DNA of 38,985 bases from an uncultured Gammaproteobacteria bacterium (GCA_964518565.1 CAZFGX010000001.1:864568-903552); one strand, 5' to 3'; positions 1 through 9,008 are shown, counted from the stretch's first letter. The notes: a model not told the origin generated them from the letters alone. Numbers and translations are program-made.

Positions 1-72
1 AACTTAATCCTGCCAAATCTCGCAGCGGCTGATCCATATATTGATACCAAGCCGACTGACGAAAATCCCCCA

Positions 73-315
73 TTACTTCCAAACTCCAAAATATCCCAAA
101 ATGACCAAAATTATCGACAACGCGAGCCAACCTAAAATAAACACTACTACTGCCATCAAAATCCGATCCAACATTTTTTCTTCAGCCGGATCCAATTGAT
201 CATCTTCCATAGGCATTTCCACCACTGGTTCAGCTACCACAGGAGCAACTTCCATTTTCTCCACCGGCTTTGCTGCGACTGTTTTTTTTGTTATGACTTT
301 CTTTCTTGCTGCCAT
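73..315 (-). CDS. small tail-anchored membrane protein (80 aa), unknown function
   Basis: ATG-initiated ORF. Lys-rich N-terminus MAARKKVITKK, acidic/Pro-rich middle, single C-terminal TM helix (VVVFILGWLALSIILVILGYF). No family recognised. Confidence 0.55.
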   Translation of the reverse strand: MAARKKVITKKTVAAKPVEKMEVAPVVAEPVVEMPMEDDQLDPAEEKMLDRILMAVVVFILGWLALSIILVILGYFGVWK

Positions 316-321
316 GTCTCC

Positions 322-350
322 ATATTAATGCGTGAAATTGTATAATTCAA
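322..350 (-). promoter_or_regulatory. candidate sigma70-like promoter for the 80-aa gene (-35 TTGAAT, 17-nt spacer, -10 TAATAT, ATG 6 nt downstream)
   Basis: Reverse complement of 345-350 is TTGAAT and of 322-327 is TAATAT. The spacer is exactly 17 nt and the start codon begins at 315. Confidence 0.3.
341..346 (+). promoter_or_regulatory. candidate -10 box TATAAT for the PBP gene (ATG 6 nt downstream, leaderless-type geometry)
   Basis: Perfect TATAAT at 341-346 with ATG at 353. No good -35 was seen. This argues against the GTG-332 start in the ORF track. Confidence 0.3.
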
Positions 351-352
351 GC

Positions 353-2656
353 ATGGCAAAAAAAACCACCCGTAAACGCCATTCACTTCGCGCCAAAAAA
401 CGTCTTATTTTTTTAAGTCTGAGCTGTGCATTAATAAGTTTTATTGCTATTTGTGGCCTACTGTTTTGGAACCTCCCCAACCCTGCCGATCTGAGTACAA
501 ACCCCGCTCCCGCCTCTACCAAAATTTTAGATCGCCATAGTCGACTGTTATATGAAGTTTTTTCAGACCAACGCCGTACTCCTATCAAACTCGACACCTT
601 ACCTAAATATGTCACCCTAGCTACAGTGGCCGCAGAAGACAAGGATTTTTATACTCATTCCGGCTTCTCAATTCGCACACTAATCCGTGCGTTCAAAAAC
701 ACGTTTTTTGGCCACAGCCTTCAAGGCGGTTCAACCATTACCCAACAACTCGTCAAACTTGCCCTCCTCAAAGACCAATCGCGTACAGTCCAAAGAAAAA
801 TTCGCGAATTCGTCCTGAGTTTGCGTGTCGAATCTCGTTATTCCAAAGATCAAATTCTCGAACTCTATCTCAATCAAGTTCCATATGGTGGCACCACCTA
901 CGGTCTCGAATCTGCCGCTCAAACCTATTTTGGTAAACCAGCCAAGGATCTGACTCTTGCTCAAGCCGCATTATTGGCCGGACTCCCCCAAGCCCCCTCC
1001 GTATATTCACCATTTGGTTCCCAACCTGAACGTGCCAAAACCAGACAAAAATACGTCCTCGAACAAATGAAAAAAGACGGCTTCATTACTGAAGAAGAAT
1101 ACAACCAGGCGATTGATGCCCCCTTAAATTATTCAACGCCTCCAAGTATCAAAGCTCCACATTTCTCTCTATGGGTCAAAGACCTACTTATAGATAAATA
1201 TGATGCCACCCAAGTCGAACAAAACGGCCTAACCGTTATTACCACCCTCGATCTAGATCTTCAAAATCAAGCCCAACAGCTCGTAGCTTCCGAAGTTGCC
1301 AAGCTCAAAAAAGAAAATGTCGGTAATGGTGCAGCATTAGTGACCAAACCAAAAACTGGTGAAGTCTTGGCTATGGTCGGATCCAAAGATTATTTTGATA
1401 CATCGAGTGATGGCAATGTAAACGTCACGCTCCGTCCTCGCCAACCTGGTTCCAGTATCAAACCCATCAGTTACGCCTTAGCTATGGACCGGGGACTTAT
1501 TACTGCCGGCACACTCCTGGCAGACAAACCCACCTGTTTCAACATTCCCAATCAAAAACCCTACTGTCCCGAAAACTACGACAACAACTTTCATGGCCCT
1601 ACCACAGTTCGATACGCCCTAGGCAATTCTTTCAATATTCCAGCAGTCAAAGCTCTTGTCATAAACGGTCTAAACAACTTTGTTGCTAGTTCCTCTGCTA
1701 TGGGCATCACCACACTCAAAGACCCCACAAAGTACGGTCCTTCTATTGCTCTCGGTGGCGGTGAAGTCACTATGACAGATTTAGTCACTGCATACGGCGT
1801 ATTGGCAAATGCAGGTAAACGAGTAGATTTAAATCCAATATTAAAAATTACCGATCGCAACGGCCAAGTTCTGTACGAGCAACCCGCAGAAAAACTCCCG
1901 TCAGACAAAATAACTAGCCAAGAAAAAATTGATCCCTACAGCCTCTTTACTGTCGGCTCAGATAGTTACATATTGAAAAACCCCGCCGATATTCGTGTTC
2001 TCGATGCCGGTACTGCTTTTATCGTATCCCATATTTTATACGACAACAGTGCCAGATCAGCCACATTTGGTAGCTCCTCATATCTAAATATTGCCAAACA
2101 TGCGGAAGTCTCAGTCAAAACTGGCACCACCAACGACAAACGTGACAATTGGACAGTCGGCTACACTCCAGATATCGCTGCAGCTGTTTGGGTCGGTAAT
2201 AACGACAATAGCGCCATGAGTCGCATAGCATCAGGCGTCACCGGTGCTTCTCCTATTTGGAACAAAATTATGACCTACGCGTTAAATAAATATCCCCAAA
2301 ATTGGCCCACCCAACCTACAAACGTCACCGGCTTTATGATCTGTTCCCAGTCCGGTCTCAAAGCCCCTGACAATCCAGACTCTAGCAGCTGCGCTCCTAG
2401 ATATGAATATTTCCTCAACAACACTATCCCCGCTATTCAGACAGACAATCTGCGCCGAGATATACCCATTTTCAAGCCTACCCAAGCCCCAGCCACCGCC
2501 AGTCAAATTGCTTCAAATCCTTCAGATATCGAAACCCAAAATCACGCCGTCGTCTTTGACGCACTCGGCCTATCTCTGTGCTTAGACTGTGCCGGTGGAT
2601 ATGGCGAAGCAGATACTATCGATTTAAATAAATTTGGAACAGCGATCAAACCATGA
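353..2656 (+). CDS. class A penicillin-binding protein (bifunctional GT51 transglycosylase / transpeptidase, PBP1A family)
   Basis: GT51 motifs EDKDFYTHSGF and GGSTITQQL. Transpeptidase SxxK (SSIKP) and KTG (KTGTT). N-terminal TM anchor. Start set at ATG 353 rather than GTG 332. Confidence 0.92.
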   Translation: MAKKTTRKRHSLRAKKRLIFLSLSCALISFIAICGLLFWNLPNPADLSTNPAPASTKILDRHSRLLYEVFSDQRRTPIKLDTLPKYVTLATVAAEDKDFYTHSGFSIRTLIRAFKNTFFGHSLQGGSTITQQLVKLALLKDQSRTVQRKIREFVLSLRVESRYSKDQILELYLNQVPYGGTTYGLESAAQTYFGKPAKDLTLAQAALLAGLPQAPSVYSPFGSQPERAKTRQKYVLEQMKKDGFITEEEYNQAIDAPLNYSTPPSIKAPHFSLWVKDLLIDKYDATQVEQNGLTVITTLDLDLQNQAQQLVASEVAKLKKENVGNGAALVTKPKTGEVLAMVGSKDYFDTSSDGNVNVTLRPRQPGSSIKPISYALAMDRGLITAGTLLADKPTCFNIPNQKPYCPENYDNNFHGPTTVRYALGNSFNIPAVKALVINGLNNFVASSSAMGITTLKDPTKYGPSIALGGGEVTMTDLVTAYGVLANAGKRVDLNPILKITDRNGQVLYEQPAEKLPSDKITSQEKIDPYSLFTVGSDSYILKNPADIRVLDAGTAFIVSHILYDNSARSATFGSSSYLNIAKHAEVSVKTGTTNDKRDNWTVGYTPDIAAAVWVGNNDNSAMSRIASGVTGASPIWNKIMTYALNKYPQNWPTQPTNVTGFMICSQSGLKAPDNPDSSSCAPRYEYFLNNTIPAIQTDNLRRDIPIFKPTQAPATASQIASNPSDIETQNHAVVFDALGLSLCLDCAGGYGEADTIDLNKFGTAIKP

Positions 2657-2745
2657 GGATTCACCCTACTCTGTTACTTATTGGCTTCCTCAGCCTCCTC
2701 GCCACATCTGGCCTTCTGCTCAAACTCCTCGCCCACTATTCATGA
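2653..2745 (+). CDS. candidate 30-aa single-TM micro-protein bridging the PBP and GT28 genes
   Basis: MRIHPTLLLIGFLSLLATSGLLLKLLAHYS. Its ATG overlaps the PBP stop (ATGA at 2653-2656) and its TGA overlaps the GT28 ATG (ATGA at 2742-2745). 14 of 30 codons end in C, matching confirmed plus-strand genes. Confidence 0.3.
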   Translation: MRIHPTLLLIGFLSLLATSGLLLKLLAHYS

Positions 2746-3839
2746 CACACATTGCTATTTTGTATACAGTCGCAGGTGGCGGACATGTCAGTCTGGCTTG
2801 TTCTGCCCAAGATGCTCTCAATACCCACGCTCCACAAATTCATACCTCCCGCTTCGATCCCTTCCCAGAGCCATTTTCATCTACACACAAAACTCTTATT
2901 CATCACTTTTTAGATGTCTACCGTGTCGGCTACAAAGTTACCGAAAATCCCCAAGTAGAACCCACAATTCGCCGACTGACCGATCTAGCAATCACTCCTC
3001 AACTCGTAAAATTTTGCAAAAAATATCATCCCGACATTCTAATTGCCAACCACCCTCTCATTGCCACAATTCTCCCCAACGTCATCGATAAACTAAATTA
3101 CACACCCAAAACCATAGTTCACTTTGCCGACCCCTTCACCACTCATCAAAGTTGGTTCTTCAACAAACAAGCAGACCTTTATTTATCTCCCACCAAAGAA
3201 ATGTCCCTGCTCGCCCAATCTGCGGGTATTTCTAAATCCCAAATCAAAACCATTGGCTGGCTCTTACGCAAACCGTTTTATACCCAAAACCACAATCCTT
3301 CTCAAATTAAAAGTATTCTTGGCATAGATCCAAAAAAATTTACTGTATTCATCGGTGGCACTGGTCAAGGCAGTGCCGATACATTGAAACTTTGCCAATA
3401 TATTTTTAGCTCTATGCATCACACCAAACTCCAACTAATTGTCAATCCAGGTCTAGATACCAATACTGTCACTGGTTTACTTGAGCTAGTCAGGAAATAC
3501 CCCGACACACTCACTCTGATACCCTATGCCAACAATATCCCCCAACTTCTTGCCGCTAGCGATTTAGTCGTCGGCAAAGCAGGACCAAATTTCATGTTTG
3601 AAACCCTGTACCTCAAAAAACCTCTCATGATCACATCCTACTTACCTGGCCAAGAAAATGGCAACGTAGAATTTATTCAAAAAAATCATTTAGGTTTTGT
3701 CTACTTAAATCCCAAATCAGCAGCACAAAAAATTCTACATCTCGCCCAAAATCCCTCTGAACAAAAAGTTTCATTCTCAACAAACCAATACATCGCCTCA
3801 CCAAAAAAATTTGTTGCCCATATCACTCAACTTATCTAG
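2742..3839 (+). CDS. GT28-family glycosyltransferase, MGDG-synthase/UgtP-like (glycolipid synthase)
   Basis: N-terminal IAILYTVAGGGH and C-terminal VVGKAGPNFMFETLYLKKPLMI..GQENGN match the MGDG_synth plus Glyco_tran_28_C pattern. Start placed at ATG 2742, because the TTG-2634 extension has no recognisable features. Confidence 0.82.
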   Translation: MTHIAILYTVAGGGHVSLACSAQDALNTHAPQIHTSRFDPFPEPFSSTHKTLIHHFLDVYRVGYKVTENPQVEPTIRRLTDLAITPQLVKFCKKYHPDILIANHPLIATILPNVIDKLNYTPKTIVHFADPFTTHQSWFFNKQADLYLSPTKEMSLLAQSAGISKSQIKTIGWLLRKPFYTQNHNPSQIKSILGIDPKKFTVFIGGTGQGSADTLKLCQYIFSSMHHTKLQLIVNPGLDTNTVTGLLELVRKYPDTLTLIPYANNIPQLLAASDLVVGKAGPNFMFETLYLKKPLMITSYLPGQENGNVEFIQKNHLGFVYLNPKSAAQKILHLAQNPSEQKVSFSTNQYIASPKKFVAHITQLI

Positions 3840-4758
3840 ACTTCTCATAATTCCACACTTCTCCAATCAGTTGTCCCACCAAAGGCTTTGCCTCTGCCAA
3901 ACTAACTCCAGTATTCATTACCACGATCACAAATGGTTTTATCCCACACACCACTTGAGTCTTGCAACGTACAACCCCCGCATCCATCCAGGCATCCTCC
4001 AGCGTCCCTACTTTGTGAACAATCTCTACATTATCCACTGGTATACTCTCAGGGATTCTATCCTCATAAATACTATCCACTAAATAATCTGCTATCTTCT
4101 CCCACTGCACCCCAAGTAATGAATTTTTGTACAAACCAACCCACATATTCGTCACATCAAATGCCGTAGTATCCAAAGTCTCATAGATACTTTCGTTCAT
4201 CTGTAAATCTTTCATGGTCTGTGAAATAGTCGATCTTCCCATGCTTCGATTCACCATTACCCAAGCCGTATTATCTGAAGTCCTTCCCATTTCACCAATC
4301 AATCGATTGTAAGTAAAAGCTGTACCAGCAACAACATATTGCAACGGACCAGATCCAAGTCGCCTATCAGATTCTTGTAGTGTGACCATGTCATCCAACG
4401 ACAACACACCAGTAGCTGCCTGTCTTAATACTGTAGCCATCGCCGGTACTTTTAAAATCGAGGCTCCAGTTACTACAGCATGCTCATGAATACCAAATCG
4501 TTCACCTGTATCCAAATGAAATACCTCCACAGCATAAGTTCCACTAGCCGAAGCCACCATGGTTTCCATCTTCTCAACCAACTTTTGCTGTTTTGGTAAG
4601 GGCGTTGGCTCAGGTGGCAAAGTAGGACTAACACTTGTCAAAGCAGGATTCAATAAATGCAATTGTTCTCCGCGTGAACGCACACTCACCCACCAAAAAC
4701 CCAGACTCAACAGTCCAGTACATAAAAATACTACCAACAATCCTACGTTATGCTTCAT
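3832..4758 (-). CDS. class A beta-lactamase-like serine hydrolase, membrane anchored
   Basis: SxxK (ASILK), SDN (TSDNTAW) and KTG-like (HKVGT) motifs in class A order. N-terminal TM followed by a Pro-rich linker. Confidence 0.78.
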   Translation of the reverse strand: MKHNVGLLVVFLCTGLLSLGFWWVSVRSRGEQLHLLNPALTSVSPTLPPEPTPLPKQQKLVEKMETMVASASGTYAVEVFHLDTGERFGIHEHAVVTGASILKVPAMATVLRQAATGVLSLDDMVTLQESDRRLGSGPLQYVVAGTAFTYNRLIGEMGRTSDNTAWVMVNRSMGRSTISQTMKDLQMNESIYETLDTTAFDVTNMWVGLYKNSLLGVQWEKIADYLVDSIYEDRIPESIPVDNVEIVHKVGTLEDAWMDAGVVRCKTQVVCGIKPFVIVVMNTGVSLAEAKPLVGQLIGEVWNYEKSR

Positions 4759-5695
4759 TCACCAAATGTAGCGGCTTTTGTCCCGATAGTCCAGCCAATA
4801 AGTTAGCCACCGCAATATTACCCATATCTACTCTCGCAGCAACAGTTGCCGAAGCAATATGTGGCGTCATAATCACGTTCTCCATTTGCAATAATTCTGG
4901 ATATGGATTTGGTTCATTTTCAAATACATCTGCTCCATACCCTGCTAGCATACCTGCACGCAACGCCTCTGCAACTTCGGCCTCATCTACGACCGGACCT
5001 CGAGCTGTGTTCACCAAAAAGGCCGTTTTTTTAAATTTAGCCAACAGTTTCCCATTCACCAAATGTCGTGTTTCTGGCGTCAATGGAACATGCAAAGTTA
5101 CATAGTCACTTTGTGCCACAACCTCTTCCAAAGAAATCTTGCCACTTCGGCTATAGGCTAACACGTTCATCCCAAACCCTTCTGCACGTTTGGCTACCAT
5201 ACTTCCGATTCGCCCCATCCCGATAATTCCCAATGTTTTCCCGGCCATATCACTCCCAATAAAAATATCCGGTTCCCAGCCTCGATATGCAGCATTGCGC
5301 ATAAAATCATTTGCCTCTACCACTCGTCGAGTCAAAGCCATCAATAGTGCCCATGCATGTTCTGCTACGCTCTCATTCACTCGGTCAGATGGAGTATTAG
5401 TCACCATAATATTTTTACTCTTACAAGCTGCTATATCGATGTTGTCATACCCCACCGCATAATTAGCCACAATCTTCAGCGACCCCTTAGTATCAAGTTT
5501 CAACAAATCAGCGTCTATCTTGTCAGTCAAAAGCGTCATCATACCGTCATACCCGGCCGCAACAGCTACTTCCAATTCTTTTCGTGGCAACGGTTCGTTT
5601 CTATCTGCAACCACCACTTCGTGTCCAGCATCGAACAATGCTTTCCCCACTTCTGCCCAAAAAGGAATTTTTCTAGTTACAAAAATTTTCGCCAT
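4748..5695 (-). CDS. D-isomer-specific 2-hydroxyacid dehydrogenase (glyoxylate/hydroxypyruvate reductase GyaR-like)
   Basis: IVANYAVGYDNIDI, NAD-binding GKTLGIIGMGRIGSMVAKRA, NTARG and TPHIASAT. Resembles archaeal GyaR along its whole length, judged from memory. Confidence 0.9.
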   Translation of the reverse strand: MAKIFVTRKIPFWAEVGKALFDAGHEVVVADRNEPLPRKELEVAVAAGYDGMMTLLTDKIDADLLKLDTKGSLKIVANYAVGYDNIDIAACKSKNIMVTNTPSDRVNESVAEHAWALLMALTRRVVEANDFMRNAAYRGWEPDIFIGSDMAGKTLGIIGMGRIGSMVAKRAEGFGMNVLAYSRSGKISLEEVVAQSDYVTLHVPLTPETRHLVNGKLLAKFKKTAFLVNTARGPVVDEAEVAEALRAGMLAGYGADVFENEPNPYPELLQMENVIMTPHIASATVAARVDMGNIAVANLLAGLSGQKPLHLVNEA

Positions 5696-5711
5696 ACGCT
5701 AAGACTACCAT

Positions 5712-6701
5712 TTACAATACAACGGCAGCAAGATCTCGATTCTTCTCCACCCACGAATTCATCTGTTCAGAAGTCAGCAATCCTTTTTGTGGACCTACAT
5801 ACCCCAGCACAGACCCTGAATTACACATCCCCCACAACAATGCCTCTCGCACAGATTTTCCTTGCATGTATGCCGCCAAAAATCCTGATCCAAACGCATC
5901 TCCTGCTCCTGTCCGCTCCACGACTGGCGCAGATTTAATAACATCCATATATAGATATTCCTGACCATCAAAACTACATGCACCAGCAGGTCCGTCAGTA
6001 ATGACCACCACCCTTGGTCCCAATTTTTTTAGCTCCGCCAACATCAGTTTTACATCAGTCCGGGACGGCATTTGTAACAATACTTCAGCTTCTTCCCGAT
6101 TTACAAATAACACCTCAGTAATTTCCAACACATAAATCAAAGCCTCCACTCCAGCTCGCAGTTGACGCGAACCAGGATTAAATCCAATCTTAGCTCCATG
6201 TTCTTTCGCCCACAAAACTGCATCTTTGTAAAACGCCTCGAATGTTTTTCCTACAGTCGTAAGATAAATCCACGACGCGTCCAAATTTCTCCCCTGCAGT
6301 GTGTAATCAGCTCCACTCTCGGGATAATAAGACAAAATGGTTCGTTCTCCTTGATAGTTAATTATTGCACCAAATCCAAACTTTCCCGACTCTTGTACTA
6401 TATGAGTCATATCCACACTCTCTTGCTTCAACACATCAATAGCTCGTTGGTCTACCCAATCCGCTCCCATTGTTCCCGCCATCGCTGTTCGTAGTCCCAG
6501 TCTCCTCAGCCCCACGGCATTATTTGCAGTATTTCCTCCCACAGCAAATTCCATAGCCCGAACTGGAATCTTATCGCCAAATCCTAGCTCAATCACACAT
6601 TTTTTCTTATCAATACTACACACTTCAGCAATATCCTCATCTGGCAGCGTCACAAAACAATCCATTCTTGCCGGTCCCAAAGACAACATGTCAAATTTCA
6701 T
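5712..6701 (-). CDS. PfkB-family (ribokinase-like) sugar/sugar-phosphate kinase
   Basis: GGNTANNAVGL near the N-terminus and TGAGDAFGSGFLAAY (the DTxGAGD region). 329 aa. Confidence 0.9.
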   Translation of the reverse strand: MKFDMLSLGPARMDCFVTLPDEDIAEVCSIDKKKCVIELGFGDKIPVRAMEFAVGGNTANNAVGLRRLGLRTAMAGTMGADWVDQRAIDVLKQESVDMTHIVQESGKFGFGAIINYQGERTILSYYPESGADYTLQGRNLDASWIYLTTVGKTFEAFYKDAVLWAKEHGAKIGFNPGSRQLRAGVEALIYVLEITEVLFVNREEAEVLLQMPSRTDVKLMLAELKKLGPRVVVITDGPAGACSFDGQEYLYMDVIKSAPVVERTGAGDAFGSGFLAAYMQGKSVREALLWGMCNSGSVLGYVGPQKGLLTSEQMNSWVEKNRDLAAVVL

Positions 6702-6703
6702 AA

Positions 6704-7705
6704 TTATTCTCCATTATAACGCCCCATACTTGCTTCACTATTTTTCTTAGCTCGCATCAGCAATATTTCTTGTGCTGCTTTTACCTGCTCTTTCTTACCT
6801 TGCCACACCTGCATCACTGGCTCTTCAAATGCTCGCTCAAAACTAAATGTCCACCGCCATGGCATACCAATCCCAATCTGGTTAATCAGATTAAGTCGTT
6901 GTGTCGCTACAATGGCATCTTGACCTCCAGACAAAAACACAACACCTGGAACACCTACTGATACTACTTTTTTCAGCACATCGACTGTTCGCTGTGCCAC
7001 TTCTTGATCAGTTGCTTGTGTCAGACACTGCTTCCCCATCACTACCATATTTGTTTTATACAACATCCCAGCCGGATCTACCCGTTGATCCAGGAGCACA
7101 TCAAATACCGTCTTTGCCACCATTTCAGTTACTTCTTGATTCCGTTCTATTGTATGAGCCCCATCCATCAACACCTCTGGTTCCACAATCGGCACCATTC
7201 CCGCTTGTTGAGACAGCGCCGCATAACGAGCTAACGCATGTGCATTCGCTAAAACATTTGTTCGCGTTGGTAATTTATCATCAATCGCAATCACTCCACG
7301 CCATTTAGTAAATTTTGCCCCCAATCCAGCATATTCTTCCAGCCGTTTTGCCAAGCCATCCAGACCTTCAGTAATTTTTTCACCAGTTAAAAACGGCATA
7401 TCTATTGTGCCTCTATCCACTTTCACACCGGCCAATACTCCTTCATTTGCTAAACGTTGAGAAAACAATATTCCATCACCATCTTTTTGTCGCAACGACT
7501 CTTCATGCATGATCACCCCACCGATATACTGACCCAGTCCTGATGTCGTAAACAAGACTTCGCGATATATCCTTCGAGCTTCTTCGCCTTGTATGGCAAC
7601 GCCTGCTTCTGCCAAACGCTTTTCCACCGTCTTCTCACTCGCATCCGCAGCAAACACTCCCTTACCTTGGGCTACAAGTTGTTTAGCGATCTCTGGCAGC
7701 GTCAC
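6704..7705 (-). CDS. fba: fructose-bisphosphate aldolase, class I (classical Schiff-base type)
   Basis: GKGVFAADAS, LYKTNMVVMG (Schiff-base Lys region) and VPGVVFLSGGQ. GTG start. Confidence 0.9.
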   Translation of the reverse strand: MTLPEIAKQLVAQGKGVFAADASEKTVEKRLAEAGVAIQGEEARRIYREVLFTTSGLGQYIGGVIMHEESLRQKDGDGILFSQRLANEGVLAGVKVDRGTIDMPFLTGEKITEGLDGLAKRLEEYAGLGAKFTKWRGVIAIDDKLPTRTNVLANAHALARYAALSQQAGMVPIVEPEVLMDGAHTIERNQEVTEMVAKTVFDVLLDQRVDPAGMLYKTNMVVMGKQCLTQATDQEVAQRTVDVLKKVVSVGVPGVVFLSGGQDAIVATQRLNLINQIGIGMPWRWTFSFERAFEEPVMQVWQGKKEQVKAAQEILLMRAKKNSEASMGRYNGE

Positions 7706-7729
7706 ATATCTATATTACCTGATATCTAT

Positions 7730-7990
7730 TTATTCTCCAATCAAGTAATACAACGCAATAACCACAGATACAGCTCCGACTGCCATCTGCAGTGTTACGC
7801 CATAAAATGACCAACCTAAAAGCGGTGCCATTTGTGTGGGCAACATGTGGGAAATACCCCCAAACAACAGGAAAAACCATCCTACCACTGCTGTTCGACC
7901 ACAATTTTTACAGCTGCATGCCTCCACTGTTTTTTCAGTTTCGACCACAGATACCTCTTCTACTTTTTCTACCTTCTTCTTACTCGCCAT
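7730..7990 (-). CDS. small membrane protein (86 aa), unknown function
   Basis: ATG directly abuts the stop of the upstream transketolase gene. MASKKKVEKVEE N-terminus, CxC..C cluster (CSCKNC), two predicted TM helices. Confidence 0.55.
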   Translation of the reverse strand: MASKKKVEKVEEVSVVETEKTVEACSCKNCGRTAVVGWFFLLFGGISHMLPTQMAPLLGWSFYGVTLQMAVGAVSVVIALYYLIGE

Positions 7991-8974
7991 TTATTTCACC
8001 GCCTTTCGCGGCAACACTCGTTGGACTGCCGCCATAATTGTTTCCATACTCATGCCGTATTTTACCAGCAGTTCTTCTGGTTGTCCCGATTCACCAAAAC
8101 TATCTTGCATACCTATCATTTCTACCGGCACGGGAAAATTCTTTGCCAACACTTCACATACCGCTGACCCCATCCCCCCCATGACCTGATGTTCTTCCAC
8201 GGTTACTATTGCGCCACAATTTCTGGCCACTTTCAAAATAGTTGCCACATCCATTGGTTTAATCGTGTGATTATTGACCACTGTCACTCCTACGCCTTGT
8301 TCTGCCAGTTTTTTTGCCGCGAGCAAACTTTGGTACACCAATGGCCCACACGCCACAATCGCCACATCATGTCCATCTTCCAACAAAATATCTGCCTTAC
8401 CAATTTCAAATGGACTTTCAACAGTAGTAATCACTGGCGTCTTCTCTCGAGAAAATCGAAAATATACAGGTCCCGCGACATCCACACTAGCCAAAGTTAC
8501 TTTTTTCGTCTGAATACTGTCACATGGCACAACCACTGTCATGTTTGGTAAGCATCGCATAATCGCCACATCTTCCAACGCTTGATGCGTCGCCCCATCA
8601 GGTCCTACCGACACTCCAGTATGTGCTCCTGCAATTTTTACCGGCAAATTTGAATAACACACCGATACTCGTACCTGATCCCATGCTCGTCCTGGAGAAA
8701 ATACGGCATATGATGACACAAACGGAATTTTTCCAGCCGCAGCCAGCCCAGCTGCCACTCCAGTCATATTTTGCTCCGCCACTCCACATTCAATAAACCG
8801 CTCAGGATATTTCTTCCCAAAATCAGACACCTTGGTCGAATCCGCCAAATCTCCGGTGAGTACCACTACGTTTGGATTCTTCTCCCCCAGTTCAAGTAAT
8901 CCCTCACCATAACCAAACCTCGTCGGAACCTTTTCCACATCCGCATCAAATACTTTAGGATTTAAATTTGCCAT
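7991..8974 (-). CDS. transketolase, C-terminal (pyrimidine-binding plus C-terminal domain) subunit
   Basis: FIECGVAEQNMTGVAAGLA, SYAVFSPGRAWDQVR and the C-terminal domain. ATG 8974 preferred over TTG 8992. Confidence 0.9.
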   Translation of the reverse strand: MANLNPKVFDADVEKVPTRFGYGEGLLELGEKNPNVVVLTGDLADSTKVSDFGKKYPERFIECGVAEQNMTGVAAGLAAAGKIPFVSSYAVFSPGRAWDQVRVSVCYSNLPVKIAGAHTGVSVGPDGATHQALEDVAIMRCLPNMTVVVPCDSIQTKKVTLASVDVAGPVYFRFSREKTPVITTVESPFEIGKADILLEDGHDVAIVACGPLVYQSLLAAKKLAEQGVGVTVVNNHTIKPMDVATILKVARNCGAIVTVEEHQVMGGMGSAVCEVLAKNFPVPVEMIGMQDSFGESGQPEELLVKYGMSMETIMAAVQRVLPRKAVK

Positions 8975-9008
8975 AAATTCAGTTAATAACAATTAAAGAT
9001 TTAAATCA

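Noticed and set aside
1-37. Possible start of another minus-strand gene (ATG at 37, reading MDQPLRDLAGLS... to the window edge).
   Set aside because: Only 12 codons are visible, which is too short to support a call.
332-352. N-terminal extensions implied by non-ATG track starts: GTG 332 (PBP), TTG 2634 (GT28), TTG 8992, TTG 15706, TTG 18000, TTG 21684, GTG 27810, TTG 31592, and the track start at 32423.
   Set aside because: In each case an ATG lies a few codons downstream at the point where the conserved sequence or TM anchor begins. The extension would also swallow promoter-like elements or create long overlaps. The downstream ATG was preferred, but the starts remain unverified.
8174-8180. 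C7 homopolymer here and a second one at 30916-30922, considered as possible slipped-strand phase-variation tracts.
   Set aside because: Each encodes Gly-Gly on the minus strand. The first lies inside a conserved transketolase segment (MGGMG). At 7 nt they are shorter than typical contingency tracts. No evidence of frame switching.
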